From Octopus bimaculoides (lineage: Eukaryota): a stretch of DNA of 64,000 nucleotides. Of this stretch, positions 12,513 to 27,000 are shown in pieces. Position 1 is the first letter of the stretch. Every line of letters starts with the position of its first letter. The position numbers and the translations under genes were made by a program. The DNA lies in assembly GCF_001194135.2 (NCBI RefSeq), contig NC_068983.1, positions 23,220,412 through 23,284,411 of the forward strand. Reading direction: 5' to 3'. The notes beneath the pieces were generated by a model that did no database searches, had not been told where the DNA came from, and was given only the letters and a program-made list of their open reading frames with translations.

Positions 12513-15500
12513 GTAAGTAACTTTTATGTTATATTGCTATTAATGATTGCCTGTCTGCTATGCTATTCAAACAGATAATGAACCAAAACTTTAGCTCCAT
12601 TTACTTACGATTGGTAACGTGAGTGATCCAACTTAAAGTTGTCTCAAATGTATATTAATACAAGCTTTATAAATGACAGAACATGCTTACTTCCTGGGCA
12701 TGAAGATTTTTAAGACATTTGCTAATAAACACCCTATACACAAATGAGATAGCTTCCTCATGGCTTCTCATTCTGTTAGAAGTAACAGCAGCCTAATCCC
12801 CTCATTACATATAACCTTAAAAGTTGTATATTAATCCTTTAGTATTCAAACCAGCCATATCAGGCCTGTATATTCTACCTGTTCTATGTTCAAACAGGCC
12901 AGATTCAGCCTCTCACACACACTACACAATGTCATTCTAAAAATAAACAATCACATCATCAAAATCTCAAAGCTACTAGAATATGCATGATTAATTCAAA
13001 ACAATTTGAATCAATAAGCATTACACTTGGCTGAATAGTCTGAGTGCTAAAAGGTCAAACAATGTAGTCCTAGTAGGACAAAGTGGTAAGAAAAGATCTA
13101 CAAATGTTGAGACTCAAAGAAAGGATGACAGAGGACTGAGACTCCTGACAGTTTGCTGTGCTTGGAAAGACATGTCAAGCTAAGTAAAAGTGTAGTTGCT
13201 CTTGCATACAGGCTCATCTGCAACCCTCTACAGCTGAGCATCCCTAGTCTTGCTGGCTCGTAAGTGCTAGTGCCATGTAAAAAGCACCCAGTACACTTTG
13301 TAAAGTGGTTGGTGTTAGGAAAGGCATCCAGCCATAGAAACCAGGCCAAAATAGACGGAGCTTGAACAGCCCTTCAACTGGCCAGCTGTCAAACCATCCA
13401 TGGAAAATGTTAAATGATGATGGAAAAAAAAATTTTAATTCAAGATGGTGGTCTAGAACTGAACAAGAAATAAACTGAAATAAAAGAAAATGAGCAGGTT
13501 TTTTTTTAAGTAAGATATGAATACATTCAACATACAGGGAACTAAATTAGTAAATTAGTAATAGCAAAAGGTAATTAATTTCATTCCATAAATATGTGGA
13601 AAAATTGTACTTTGGTGAAAAGTGATATTTTGTGTTTTATATATTTTTTATTGGTTTGGTCTGGAGGCAAAGTCTGTGCCCATGGTCTTTATAGACCATC
13701 TGAAATAGGTGAAATTGACATAATGTTCTTGAACAGTTACAAATCAATGACTGCAAGGGAAAATGTGTAGGATAGGAGTTTCAAAGGCATTCTAGGGATG
13801 TGGTGAATTCAAGAGGAGTGGCATGAGGTGAGTCTAGAGTGCCTATGTGGGTGTAGCAAGAGACCAACTATGATGCAAATCAGTCTCAGCAAATGAATAG
13901 GCTTTCACCACATGAATACTGTTTAGAAAACTACCATCAAAAAGAACCCTTTCCTTTCTTTTCTCCACTTAAACCATAACAAAGAACCAAAACAGTCTGC
14001 TGCTGTGTAAGGAGTAAGTTAGTTTGCAGGTGTGCATCATCTGCAGGTCACATAATGGTTATGCATGAATAGCATGTATTTAGTAGGTGTTGATTTTCTC
14101 CAAGCATTTTTCACCAAACCTCTTAGAAAGTACTATAATCAGTTGCTGTGTTTCTTGTTTTGAAGGAGTTTTGCAGGTTTTTTTGTTTTTATCTTACCAG
14201 TTGTGTATTTTCACCACAAGGAACACTGTAGAGAAAGCTTATTTAACAAACTTATTTCTATCTTCTCTAATTTGTGTGTGGTTTCCCAAAAGCTCAGTAA
14301 TATTTATAGTATGGCTGTGATCATTCCATTTGTTTTTGTGACTCTTCCTTTTCAGTTTCACAACTGCTGGCCTCATAAATATTAATATCTCTATTATCTC
14401 CTGGGTTCTATGCGATCAATTGTACTGTAGCATAGCTACAGTCCAAAGTGTAAACTGATAAAATTAGAAAATCTCCATGCCATCTAAATATATAAATCAG
14501 TAAAATAGGATTTTATAAAGGTGGGGTACAATCACGAGAGATTTTCTGGTTGGTTGTCAGGCAAGCATTTTTCTTGTTCATCCTATTTTGTTATCAGAGT
14601 GCAATAACATTTTAGCTGACATATCTCATAAGAGCTTAACCCTTTCGTTACTGTATTTATTCTGAGATGCTCTGTGTTTCTTTCAGTTACTTTAAATATA
14701 ACAAAGAATTTAGTAAAACAACTTAGCTATCATTAAGCTAGTGTTAGCAATATAAATTGTGACCAAGGTTTGGTGGAAGATTATAATTCGAAACTTATGA
14801 AAACAAGACATTTGTACCCAAAGCCAGAGCCGGTTTCAGCTGGGTTGGTAATGAAAGGGTTAAGGAGTTAATGACTTGTTTTATAGTATTGTAAACAATG
14901 TGATGTAACTTCCTTTCACACCTGTACTATTATTTCAAGATGATTGGTTATTGTCATCATTATCAAGGTTTTTGTGTTTGCCTCTCCCTGCTAGCATAGC
15001 TAGGATAGCAGTTCTGAGATAATGTTTTACAACCAAATATACTTCCTGGTGCCAATCTTTTTTTTTTTGTCACTTACAATTTGCAGAAATAAAGTGTACC
15101 AAATTTTGTAACTAAGATACACAGGCTTTAATTTAAATCTATAAGTAGTCTAAATTTAAAGATTACAAACTGATTTGTCATCTCACTTTAACAGTATTAT
15201 TAAGTAGCTGATAGTTTAGTTTGAGTTGATCTTCATTTAGTCGGTATCAGTGGGATCTGAAAAGTGTCAGGTTGAGTTTGCTGACTAACCAGTGGTTTGA
15301 TTAGTATATACAGTTTATCCAACAGCTAACCACTACATGCTACCTTTTAAAATACTTTGTGAATCAGGAGAACAAAATAGTTAGTCAAAGAAAAAGATAT
15401 TAAACAAAAGGCAAGTGAAATTTAATGGACAGGTAAAATAAAGGATTCAGGTATAGTAAATTCTGTTGGGTTACTTAAAGTACATTGCTATTGGTTCCAA

Positions 15501-18500
15501 AGTACAAAGTTGGCATTTTTAACAAAGTAAAGTACCAGGAAGTGGAGGCTGTCAGAATTGCTGTTTCATTTTGAAAGCTGACCAAAACATCATGAACTGG
15601 TGTTGGCACAATATCTTCTTCAGGAAGTAGTGATAAGGTGCTACATATCTGGGTTAGCAGTTGATGGCACTAAATTTTTAAATGCTGACCCTACTGGTGC
15701 ATGATTTTTAGTTATTTTTTAAAAATCTGTCTTTCAAACTAAGCTGTTTTATGTATTTTGAATTTTCTTTGATTAGTTTATCCTTCAAAATCTAAACATC
15801 CCTTTTTCTTGGTCATCTATTAAACTGCATTGCCCTCGCATCTTTACTTATCAGCTAAATTAACTTAGGAACTCTTTCTTATTTTCAACACTGCTTTCAT
15901 CTCCACCATCTTCTTTTTCATAATTTTCATGGCCTTACACATCTCCACGTTTTCTGAGTTGGTTATAATAAGCAGCTTCTACTTTAAATCTATTTTGCAA
16001 CATCATGTCCTCCATCCTTGAAGCAAGATCCTTAGCAGATGGATTAGTAAGGTCATAGGTGAAAGTGGTTCATGTATATAATCTGTTTTATTTTTGAAAC
16101 TCTAAACTCTCTAAAGTCATTTGTAGTGTCCTCATCAGATATAAACTCAAGCATTAAATTTAGCCACAGTTTATACTATCCATTTTTCAGTATGGATACT
16201 TCTACAGATTTCCAAGCATTGGCAATGCAATAAACCACAGCTTTCACATATCTTCCATATTATTGTTACTTTGGGGAAGAGTCGTAATTAATAAAGCTTA
16301 GAAACACACCAGTTGTTGTTTGTCTATATTTCTCCCTTTTTTTTTTCTCCTAAAGCAGTTGCTTATGTTCCCCCAAAATATTTTTCAGTATATCAACCTG
16401 TAGCCTTCCCATTGATTGTATATTTTTAAAAGCCTGGTTTTGCTATTGTTACATTTCTAGAGTAACCTTGTAAGCAAATGACACTAGCATTTATTGGTTT
16501 ACTTTGTTCCCAACTGTTGCTAGCACTGATATCATTTTTTTGACTTATTTTATCCTTACTCTTGTATTATTGTGGTGGATGGCTGTCATTAGTGGAGAGG
16601 AGGTGTTGTTACACCACTTGTTCTTTATATTAAGCTTGTGATGGTGGAGGGTCTGTTTCCTGTATTTGTATAGCTTCTCTAATCTGTTGTAAGGTTGAGT
16701 GTTCTGGATATGCTGGTATATTGATAGTGTGAATACTTGTTGTACTCTCTTCAGTTTTCTGCATTCTTTTCATGTAGGCTGAGTGATGTCTCCCATGTAG
16801 GTTATAGTGGTGTCCCTATAATGCCTCTTCATGCATGCCATATAGAGTACATAACAATTATAGGTTTGCTGTTGGTCAGAGCAATGTATTTTCTTGGTAG
16901 AACTTGATGGATTTGCCTATTTTTTTCTTCTACTTTGATTTTCTGCTTTGTATCAAGCAATTTGTTCCTAAATTTGCAGTCTTGTTCGCCCCTGGGTATA
17001 GTATTTATGAACGTCACAGGTTGGAATTTGTTTTCGCCATACCAGGAGTTTTTCTTTCCAGTCTTTTCCAGGATTTGTTTTGGTACATGAGTACACTCTA
17101 TTAGCAGTGTTGCTTGTGATTGTTTCATTTCCTTTATGTACTCGTGTCCAATCTTGTTGGTTGTATCCAGAGAATTGTGACTCTTATAATAATATTCCTT
17201 AAGAAATTCTTGTACTGATTTGCCAGAATTAAATGCACTCAGCAGGTACCTCATAAACCAGGAGCAATACTAAGAAATAAGAGAATGTAATATAACATTG
17301 TCCTGCAGTTGAACTAATTATGTACAGTTAGATGATAGGAAGAGACCAAAATCTTCCCCAATACAAGGCAATTTCATCGACATTGTAGACTGGATCCAGA
17401 TTTAATTTTTCATCAGAAACTAACTTTGCAAACTTGTCAACAAATGCAACAGCTTCTTTGTATAGAGAATGCTTTTTGCCTAACACCACACAGTACTTTA
17501 AGGCATGTCATTGTTTGAAACAGTTAAGCTAAACTTCATTACATTAACACTTGTAATCTAGTCTTTGGTCTTCATGAAAAACTATAGCTTGTTCTTTCAA
17601 TAAATTCCTACACTACTTAACATCTTCACCTGTGCAGAGCTTAAACCACATTATCAGTACTTCATCCAGTTCTCAACATTTCCTATTTTTCATTGTTTTC
17701 CTTATACATCTTTTTTCTTTCTCTTTGTCATACGCAATGTTCTCACAGAACCACCATTGAGTTTTTGAGGAGTTCAAATATATATGTCATGGAACCATGG
17801 CTGGAGTTAAATGTGAGCAGGTTATATGTGCAAAATAATAAGAATGGCTTGTCAGTATTTACAAGTTTGCACCAAAAACATATTACAACCAACACTACCA
17901 AAATAGTAGTGGCAGATTGGTGTGCTGGATTGGAAAATTAAGTTCAGATTAATGATGGAACTGGATTATCAGTGGTTGGATTAGTGAGAGTTGACTGTAT
18001 TTGGAAAAGGAGGAAGGAGTCCTGCCTTTTACCAGACAATGACAAGTTTCTCTAAACACTGTTCAAATAGCAGTGAATTTTTCATATTAAGTGCTGAAAA
18101 TGTAGTGCTTGAACAGAAAGAAACCAAAATACTTTTGTATAATTACTTAAATTAAATAGATGAAATATTTGCTGTAATTTAAGATGAAAAGGAATCTAAT
18201 TCACCAACAGTATATTGGTAAATACTAAATTAAATCAAAAATATTTCAGATGTGTATTAATATTTAGCTGAAAAAGACAATGGAGGTTGTTGGAACAGTA
18301 ACATACTAAATTGAATGCCTTATATTATCTAATTCAATTCCTAACTATTCTGAATTCAGAATTAGCAAGTTTATTTTCTAGATTTATACATCCTACCTCT
18401 TTAATAAATAGTTTTGTAATCATTCAAAAGAGACAGATACATCTTTTTTTAAAAAATGGTGTTTGCTAATTGTTGTTAATTTCTATTGTTGGTAGTTTTT

Positions 18501-21023
18501 AAAAGTTTTGATTGCCAAATGTGAGAGTCGTATTTGAATTGTAGTTAACTGACAAAACTACTGTGTATCATACTAAGTCTTGTACTGTCTGGTATATTGG
18601 ATAAAAGTATTGGAACCCTACATGCAAGGTTTGAGTTAAATTATACACGTACATGCACTTGAGCACAAGCACACATACATGGCATTGATGAGGGATGAAG
18701 ACAGCTTTTTTAAAATGTATTCTACTAAATATAAACACATTAGAAATGGGCTTGAAGAAGTATCAGCATTGCACACAGTGTGAATCGTGTTAGAAAATAA
18801 TTGCTATAAGTTGGTAATTCATTGAAACTAGACTTGGGTGTAAAACTTTAGTGTCACCTTCATAAATCTCTGTTTTGGATTAGAAAAAAAAAAAAAAAAT
18901 TTTGTAAGAGCTTTCAAATTCTGCCCCAAGCTGACTTGTGTAAATATACACGCCTATTCTACATTGTGTTTATGGATGAAATGCTTATAAAATGTTCAGT
19001 TCTTTTAATTATGTAATCAAAAGCTAAATAGTCTACAAATATATCAAATGAAACTATTTGACTTCCGCTTCACTGATTACTGAATTTAAGACATTATCTG
19101 CTCGAATTCTTCAAAATATATTGTGAAAGGATGGCTTGTGGCAGGTTTTCATATACCAAGAATGTATGAAAACTGGCAAAAGGAAAATTTATGTAAACTT
19201 GTCAAACAGTTTAGAAAACTGTTAAATCATGTTTAATGATATATGATTAAAGTGAATGTTAAAATGATGATAATTTCTATTTTTGTCTTTTAATTTTATT
19301 ACATTTTTGTTTTTAAATTTTAGGCTACTGCTGGTAACACTGGAGGAACCAATAGCAGTAACACTTGTCCAGCAGGAGCAGGAGGTACCAGTACAAGGCC
19401 AAGCAACAATACAAGCAGTGCTAGTGCTAATATCGGAGCCACTCCTTTTGGATTAGGAGGCTTAGGAGGTTTGGCTGGTCTTGGCAATTTAGGAATGGGG
19501 TCTGCAAATTTTATGGAAATGCAACAGAGAATGCAAAGAGAGGTGTGTATCTGTTGATGTTTTTCATTAGAAAAAAAAAGGACTTTATAAGCAACAAACT
19601 TTTGTGTATAATGATTTAATCATCTAAATGATTATTATTAATTATCTGTGATGCATGCTAATTAACTAATAGGTTTGTAATGTGGGATTGAAAGTTGCAT
19701 GAAGGACACCTTGTTGATCCTAGTTGAGCATCAAATGCTTTGGATATGTTACTTAATTGTAAATGCTTTCTGAAAAGAATATGAACTAATTTTTGAGAGT
19801 AAATGATGATGGTTGTGTGGTGATGGGCAGAAATGAATGCATGAAAGTAGCGAGTAATTTAGGTGATAATTTGTCATTGAGAAACAATCTTTTTATTTGA
19901 TTGAAGAAAAGGTTTTAGAAAGACAATGGGATTTAGGAATTGAAAAGGATAAATTGTAAAGTTAAGCAGAAATTTGAATAATAGTCTTGGTTAAGAAAGG
20001 AAGAAGTAGACTTTCCATAAGTCTTTTCAGAGACACTGAAGATTGTGTATTATAGAGATTGGGTTGCCCATGTTCAGTCCACTACAGGACAAAAGCCTCA
20101 GCATGTTCTCTCTACTACAGAATGGCTTGAGATCTTACTGGTTAGTGAGATAATGTGCTGGAATAAATTATATAGCATTGTTATGCTAGCAATGAAGTAA
20201 AGTCACTGCTTTTCATTAAAACCAAAAAGAAAGACATAAACAGTTATAAGTGATTATTTAAGTGGAACAGAGAGGGCCTGCTTTTAGTTGATCCCCACTG
20301 GTTGATCATTGGAAAGCTACAAGGCATCCCATCAGAAACATTAAGTTTCTCTAAAGAAAGTAAATATTGGTTTGTTCGCTGGGTTTACCAACTAATATAA
20401 TTTAGGTATCACCACTGTTAGTAATTTTCTCTTAATGCTGTCTGTGCTTATTTTGTTTTTCGTTTTTATAATAAATTATTTAGTAGGATATTCATAAAAT
20501 GAAATGCAAATTTTGTTTTAGGTTTTAACTGATTGCTGTATGTTTATGGTATCCTTTTTTTCTGTTGCATATATTTACAGTTAATGCAGAATCCCGAGAT
20601 GTTTCGTTCCATGATGGAAAACCCATTTGTTCAACAGATGATGTCTAACCCTGACATTATGCGGCGCTTAATCACCAGTAATCCTCAAATGAGAGAGCTT
20701 ATGGAAGTAAGCATTCTTTCTCAATTATACAACATTGTAGAGACTTTATAACAATCGTTCTGAATACATTCTAAAACATTGTTTTTATTCTCTTTAATAG
20801 TAAAGAGAACAACAAATTATATGTATACATATATATATATATCCTCATCGAAACAAAGAGAGAGAGAGAGGAAGAAAGATCAGAGTTAGGCTGGTCGAAA
20901 ACAGAACACGAGATGGAATTATTTTGGTGGGGAATATAGGGTAACATAATTGAAATAGGTGGATAATGAGATAGAATTGGGCACCGTGAAGCAGCAAAAA
21001 CTCAGGCTATATATATATGTATG

Positions 21024-21062
<39 letters not shown>

Positions 21063-24000
21063 ATTCATAGAGGATTTATGATAGTGGATTTTTTTTGTAT
21101 TGTCAGTGTGGAATACAAAAAGAGACATAAATCTATATATCTTTTCCTTGGTTTTTATCTGAGGATGTCAGTCTATTATAGCTTGTATTCTCCATTGATC
21201 TAGTACATATTCTTCACTGCTAGGTAAATCTAAGGCACATTGAATAAAATATTTACTCAGAAACATAAAATGCTTACAGCAGATTTGAACTTATTAAATG
21301 TAGGTAGTTCAGTGCCATACACATTTAACTATTTTTGCCCTACTTACTCATTTACAAAATAAATTGAATGCATTTTTGTGGTACTAGTGTTAGAAGTTGT
21401 CAGATCCTGAATGCACATCCATTATCCACTTTGCAGAGTGTACTGGATACATATTGTTGTGTCACCAGTACTAAAGATGTTGTCATGTCCTCAACCCAGT
21501 TATATCTTTACTTGTCCATCAACCACTTCTTCAGAAGATGTATTGGATGTACTTTATCATAGTACTAGCACTCGGTCTCTATTCATTCAGGGCGCCATGA
21601 GCAATTGATCAAATAGAGAGAGTGATTACAGAAGAACTGTAGGGAGAGACAATGCTAGAGGAATGTAAGAAGTAAAAGAAGAATTTAATGTGTTAGATAG
21701 TAGCAGCATTGGGTGAATGGCAGTTACATGGTCACAGATAGAGGAGAAAACAAGTGATGAATAATCAGTGTTAAGAAAGTGAGGTAGATGTCAGTAAAGA
21801 ATGATCTGGTGGGAAGGGGTGGCACTAATAAATACATTACAATAGGAAGATTGAGATGTTTTTCACCAGAGAAAATTTTAGTTTTCTCTAGTGAAAAATT
21901 GATGTACAACAGTGTTATCTTACTGTTAATATAATTTTTCTAAAGTAAAAATAGGAATATGAAGATTTGGTACATACAATTAAAAACTTATTAATCTTAT
22001 AACTTATTAATCTTATAAAGTTTTGTGTTTTATGGAGAACAAATAGACATTTGCTATTTTTTTTTCTTTTTTCAGAGAAATCCTGAAATAACACACATGT
22101 TGAATAACCCTGAATTGATGAGACAGGTATGAGCTTCCAGATTCTTGTATTTGATATTGTGAAAAAGGTTTTCACTATTTCCATTTCCAAGCATCTTCAC
22201 TATTTTACATTTGTTTCTTTCTATTCCCGCATGGATTGTGCAAATATTTTGTAGCACAATCTCCTTCAAGAACTACAACTTCTTGAGATCAGTTTCAACA
22301 CCTTTTCTGTGTCTTGGTTTTCTTTTTCTGCAGATTCCTTCAATTTGGACACTGGGCACTTCTCTATCAAACTATTATCTTCTCTATATATACCATATGT
22401 CCATACCAGTGTAGTCTTCTCTCTTGCACACATCAAAATCTCTTATACACCTAGTTTTCTCTCAACTCATTTGTGCTATCATTCTTGCACATTATGCATC
22501 CACTGGAGCATGCTTGCTTCATTTGATTCCAGACTTTGTAGACAATCATTTTGTTGCCAGATGTAAATACTCTCTGAATTTTTTAAATCCTCTTCTTTGG
22601 CTACTATGCTTTTAGAAACACACCTTTGCTGCAAAGTAGATCATCTAAATAATAGAAGCTATTAACTCCTATCAAACTGTCAAAGCATTTGAAAGAATTT
22701 TTTGTTTATGGATGTTCTTAATGCTGACTACTGTGCATCTGTTACATAATGAAGACTTGCTTCTCTATCAACCTGCATGGAGTTTCTACCTATTTTATTT
22801 TTATATATTGAAAATGGGCACATTCCCAATGGCTGTAGCATTTTGCTTTCTTTTCTACTAAATAAAACTTTAGTGCTGGCTAGCCTCTTAATTGCAGGTT
22901 TTGCTTTCATATATGGAATTCCTTGAATCTTCAAGAGATCCAACTATGAGAACTAAGTCATCAGTATACAGGTGTTCTCACAGACAGTTGGTCTTAAAAC
23001 TCCCCCTCTACTCATTACCTGGAGAAGTACTGGACTTAGCCCTGATAGACACCTACCTGTGCACTATATTGCATAATATTTCCATGTCTGTTTCTCCTAG
23101 CATTAATGAAGTTTGCCTCTCAGACCATACACACTTCACCCCAACCATATTTTGATTCATAAAAACCTGCTACTTTGCAATCCAAAACATCTTGTACCTC
23201 TGATCCTTTCATCACAGAACTTTGGCAAAACTGTAACTCTATACTCCTGTATTTGCTATGTATACCTGGCACCTTGATTTTGTACTTTGCTCCTGAACTT
23301 TCTTCCTGTTATTCTGGATCTGTCTCTTACTTTTGATGGCTCTTTCTACTGTACCATTCCACCACTGTCACCTGTCTGGCTGGAGTTTGCTCTATCCATG
23401 AACCTGGTCTGTAGATCACAGAAGGTTGTCTTGTTGACACCCCCAATATCTTCTGTTATATGTGGTTAGCTCTGTCTCCTTCTGTAGTACTTCTTTGTAC
23501 CTACATCCGTTGGAGGGTCTCTGATGCAAATGGTCAGGTCATTTGCATCACAAAACTTCAAAAGCATTTGTTCCTTTTTCATTCCTCTTACAATATCCAT
23601 AGCCTTCCATGTACATTAGTTAGAATATCCATCATTGTGTTACCTGACATTGCCATAAAAGTGAACAGCTATGATAATAAAGCTTCTATTATTTGTTGTC
23701 AAAGTCTGCAAGAGAATCTCATTAGAACAGTTCTTTTGCTCATCTGTCTTAATTGTAGTACTTACCTAGAAATCATTGTTGCTGTTATGTAGTTTATGAC
23801 TTGTCCGAACTCAATTGTTCTGTCACTTACTCTGACTGCTTCAGTTATTTATCCATCACTCTGACAACAACATGCCTATTCTTCCCAACTCAGTATTGTT
23901 ACCCACCTAGAGGACGTTAAGAGAGTTGATGCTATCATTTGATGGTAGCTGAAGAATCTTCGCTCATGGTCAGATGTCCCTACCAAACCATTCCATTTCT

Positions 24001-27000
24001 GTGTGCATCACTAACATAAGTGTTTGTCCTGTACATGTAATTAAGGTTTTTTTATTGTATTTATGACTGTCATTATTTTGGAGTGGCTTATTTGAACAGT
24101 AAAAAGAAAATCGTTTATGACATTACATGGTTGACTTTTTTTTTTATTTCATAACAATGAAATTCCTGTTCAGCTTCATTTTTTTTTCCCAGTTATTTTT
24201 ACTGTGATGAATGTTTTTATCTTCAGACATTAGAGCTTGCAAGGAACCCAGCCATGTTGCAAGAGCTTATGAGAACTCAAGATCGAGCTATGAGTAATTT
24301 GGAAGTAAGTAGTTTCCATTTTATGACTAAATTTATTCAGGACTCTCCCCACTCCAATTTTGTATGCACCAATAAGTAGCTCTGAATAACTGATTTTAGG
24401 GTGAGATTTGAAATTTTCAAATGAGTCATCAATAGTCATTTGAAGAAAGAAAAACCCCCAAAATATAAAATACATAGCAAACAGCAAATTTAATGCCAAT
24501 TTTGAAGAAATGATAAAGCTATTTGACATACTGATGAAATAGTCATACCTCATAATACTCTTGATTGTTAAAATTATCAGTTGACAGCAAATTAGTTACA
24601 TTATATAATGGGGAAGGGCAATGAAGATTGTGATGTTGATGCCTTTTCCAAGAGGTTTGGTGGTACAAGTATGACTAAATTTAATTAGGATTTTTTTTTC
24701 CATAATTGTTTTTATAAGCACCAAGAAATCATCATCATCATCATCATCATCGTTTAACGTCCGCTTTCCATGCTAGCATGGGTTGGACGATTTGACTGAG
24801 GACTGGTGAAACTGGATGGCAACACCAGGCTCCAGTCTAATTTGGCAGAGTTTCTACAGCTGGATGCCCTTCCTAACGCCAACCACTCAGAGAGTGTAGT
24901 GGGTGCTTTTACGTGTCACCCGCATGAAAACGGCCACGCTCGAAATGGTGTCTTTTATGTGCCACCCGCACAAGCCAGTCCAGGGGCACTGGCAACGATC
25001 TCGCTCGAAAATCCTACGGGAGCCAGTCAGGCGGTACTNNNNNNNNNNNNNNNNNNNNNNNNNNNNNNNNNNNNNNNNNNNNNNNNNNNNNNNNNNNNNN
25101 NNNNNNNNNNNNNNNNNNNNNNNNNNNNNNNNNNNNNNNNNNNNNNNNNNNNNNNNNNNNNNNNNNNNNNNNNNNNNNNNNNNNNNNNNNNNNNNNNNNN
25201 NNNNNNNNNNNNNNNNNNNNNNNNNNNNNNNNNNNNNNNNNNNNNNNNNNNNNNNNNNNNNNNNNNNNNNNNNNNNNNNNNNNNNNNNNNNNNNNNNNNN
25301 NNNNNNNNNNNNNNNNNNNNNNNNNNNNNNNNNNNNNNNNNNNNNNNNNCTAATGTTCAGCTTTTCTCTCAAGATACTTACACTCTGACGGGTATTCACA
25401 TTGACATTACACATCCAACGGAGCATACTGGCTTCATTCCTTGCGAGCTTACGTATGTCCTCAGCAGTTACAGCCCATGTTTCACTGCCATATAGCATGG
25501 CTGTTCGTACGCATGCGTCATACAGTCTGCCTTTTACTCTGAGTGAGAGTCCCTTTGTCGCCAGCAGGGGTAAGAGCTCTCTAAACTTTGCCCAGGCTAT
25601 TCTTATTCTAGCAGCTACACTTTCAGCGCACCCACCCCCACTACTAACTTGGTCGCCCAGATAGCGGAAGCTATCGACTACCTCTAGTTTTTCACCCTGG
25701 AATGAGATAGCAGCGACGGATAATTGACTTTGATAGGAATTGTAATTAAAACCAAATACGGAGAGTTGGCACATTGTCAGATGTTTTATTTTATACTGTG
25801 TACATCTTATAGAGTTTCTAACTATGCCTTTTCTACAGATCGAGCAGGGCCATCTACCTGAAGGGGTTTGTGTTTTGTCCACCTTCCTACTTATTAGGAC
25901 TTTGGTTTTAGCTAGGTTTACTCTAAGGCCCTTCAATTCTAGTCCTTGCTTCCACACCTGAAATTTCTCCTTTAGTTCTGATAGTGACTCAGCAATTAGA
26001 GCAAGGTCATCAGCATAGAGGAGTTCCCAGGGGCATCCTGTCTTGAATTCCTGTGTTATTGCCTGGAGTACTATGATAACTAGGAGGGGGTTGAGGACAG
26101 AACCTTGGTGGACCCCAACCTCTACCCGGAATTCTTCACTGTACTCGTTTTCAACCCTCACCTGATAGCGTCTCTGTACATGGCTTGCACAGCTCTCACT
26201 AACCATTCTTCTATCCCTAGTTTCCTCATTGACCACCAGATAAGGGATCAGGGGACCCTGTCAAAGGCTTTCTCCATGTCAACGAAAGCCAGGTACAGCA
26301 GTTTATCTTTGGCTAGGTATTTGTCCTGCAGCTGTTTTACCAGAAATATAGCATCAGTGGTGCTTTTCCCTGTCTGAACCCAAACTGCATCTCATCTAAA
26401 CTGACTCTCTCCCTAATTAGTTGGGCTATGACCCTCTCCGTGGCTTTCATTACCTGATCTAACAACTTGATACTTCTGTAAAACCGATTCCTTATGGGAT
26501 TTCTCAATCAAATTGCCTGCGACCCATTTCAGCCAAACGTTTACCAATTGCAACGGATTTCGCTCAAATTTGTGCGTGAAAAAAAATAATTTAGTTGTAT
26601 TTTTGTATTGTATAATATAAGAAATGGTCAGTGCAAGTTAGTGTAGCATTTATTATTATCAGATATTTTTAGCTAAATTTTGTTAATCTAATTGTTCTAT
26701 TAACTTGGTTTTCTTCTTTTTTAAAGAGTATTCCAGGAGGTTTTAATGCTCTGCAGCGAATGTACCGTGATATCCAAGAGCCTATGATGAATGCTGCACA
26801 GGAAGGGTTTGGCTCTAACCCATTTGTCTCTTTGGTATCTAACTCTAGTGGTAAGTTAATATCAATAAAAAAAAAAAACATTTTTTTTTTTTACTTTATC
26901 ATGTGCTACTAATACTGGTATGATATAAGGCAGCGAGCTGGCAGAATCATAAGCACACTGGGCAAAATGCTTAGTTGCATTTCATCCACCTGTACATTCC

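Noticed and set aside
16300-16560. Expected pLTR hammerhead next to the Penelope-like fragment
   Set aside because: No CTGANGA...GAAA arrangement recognisable on either strand.
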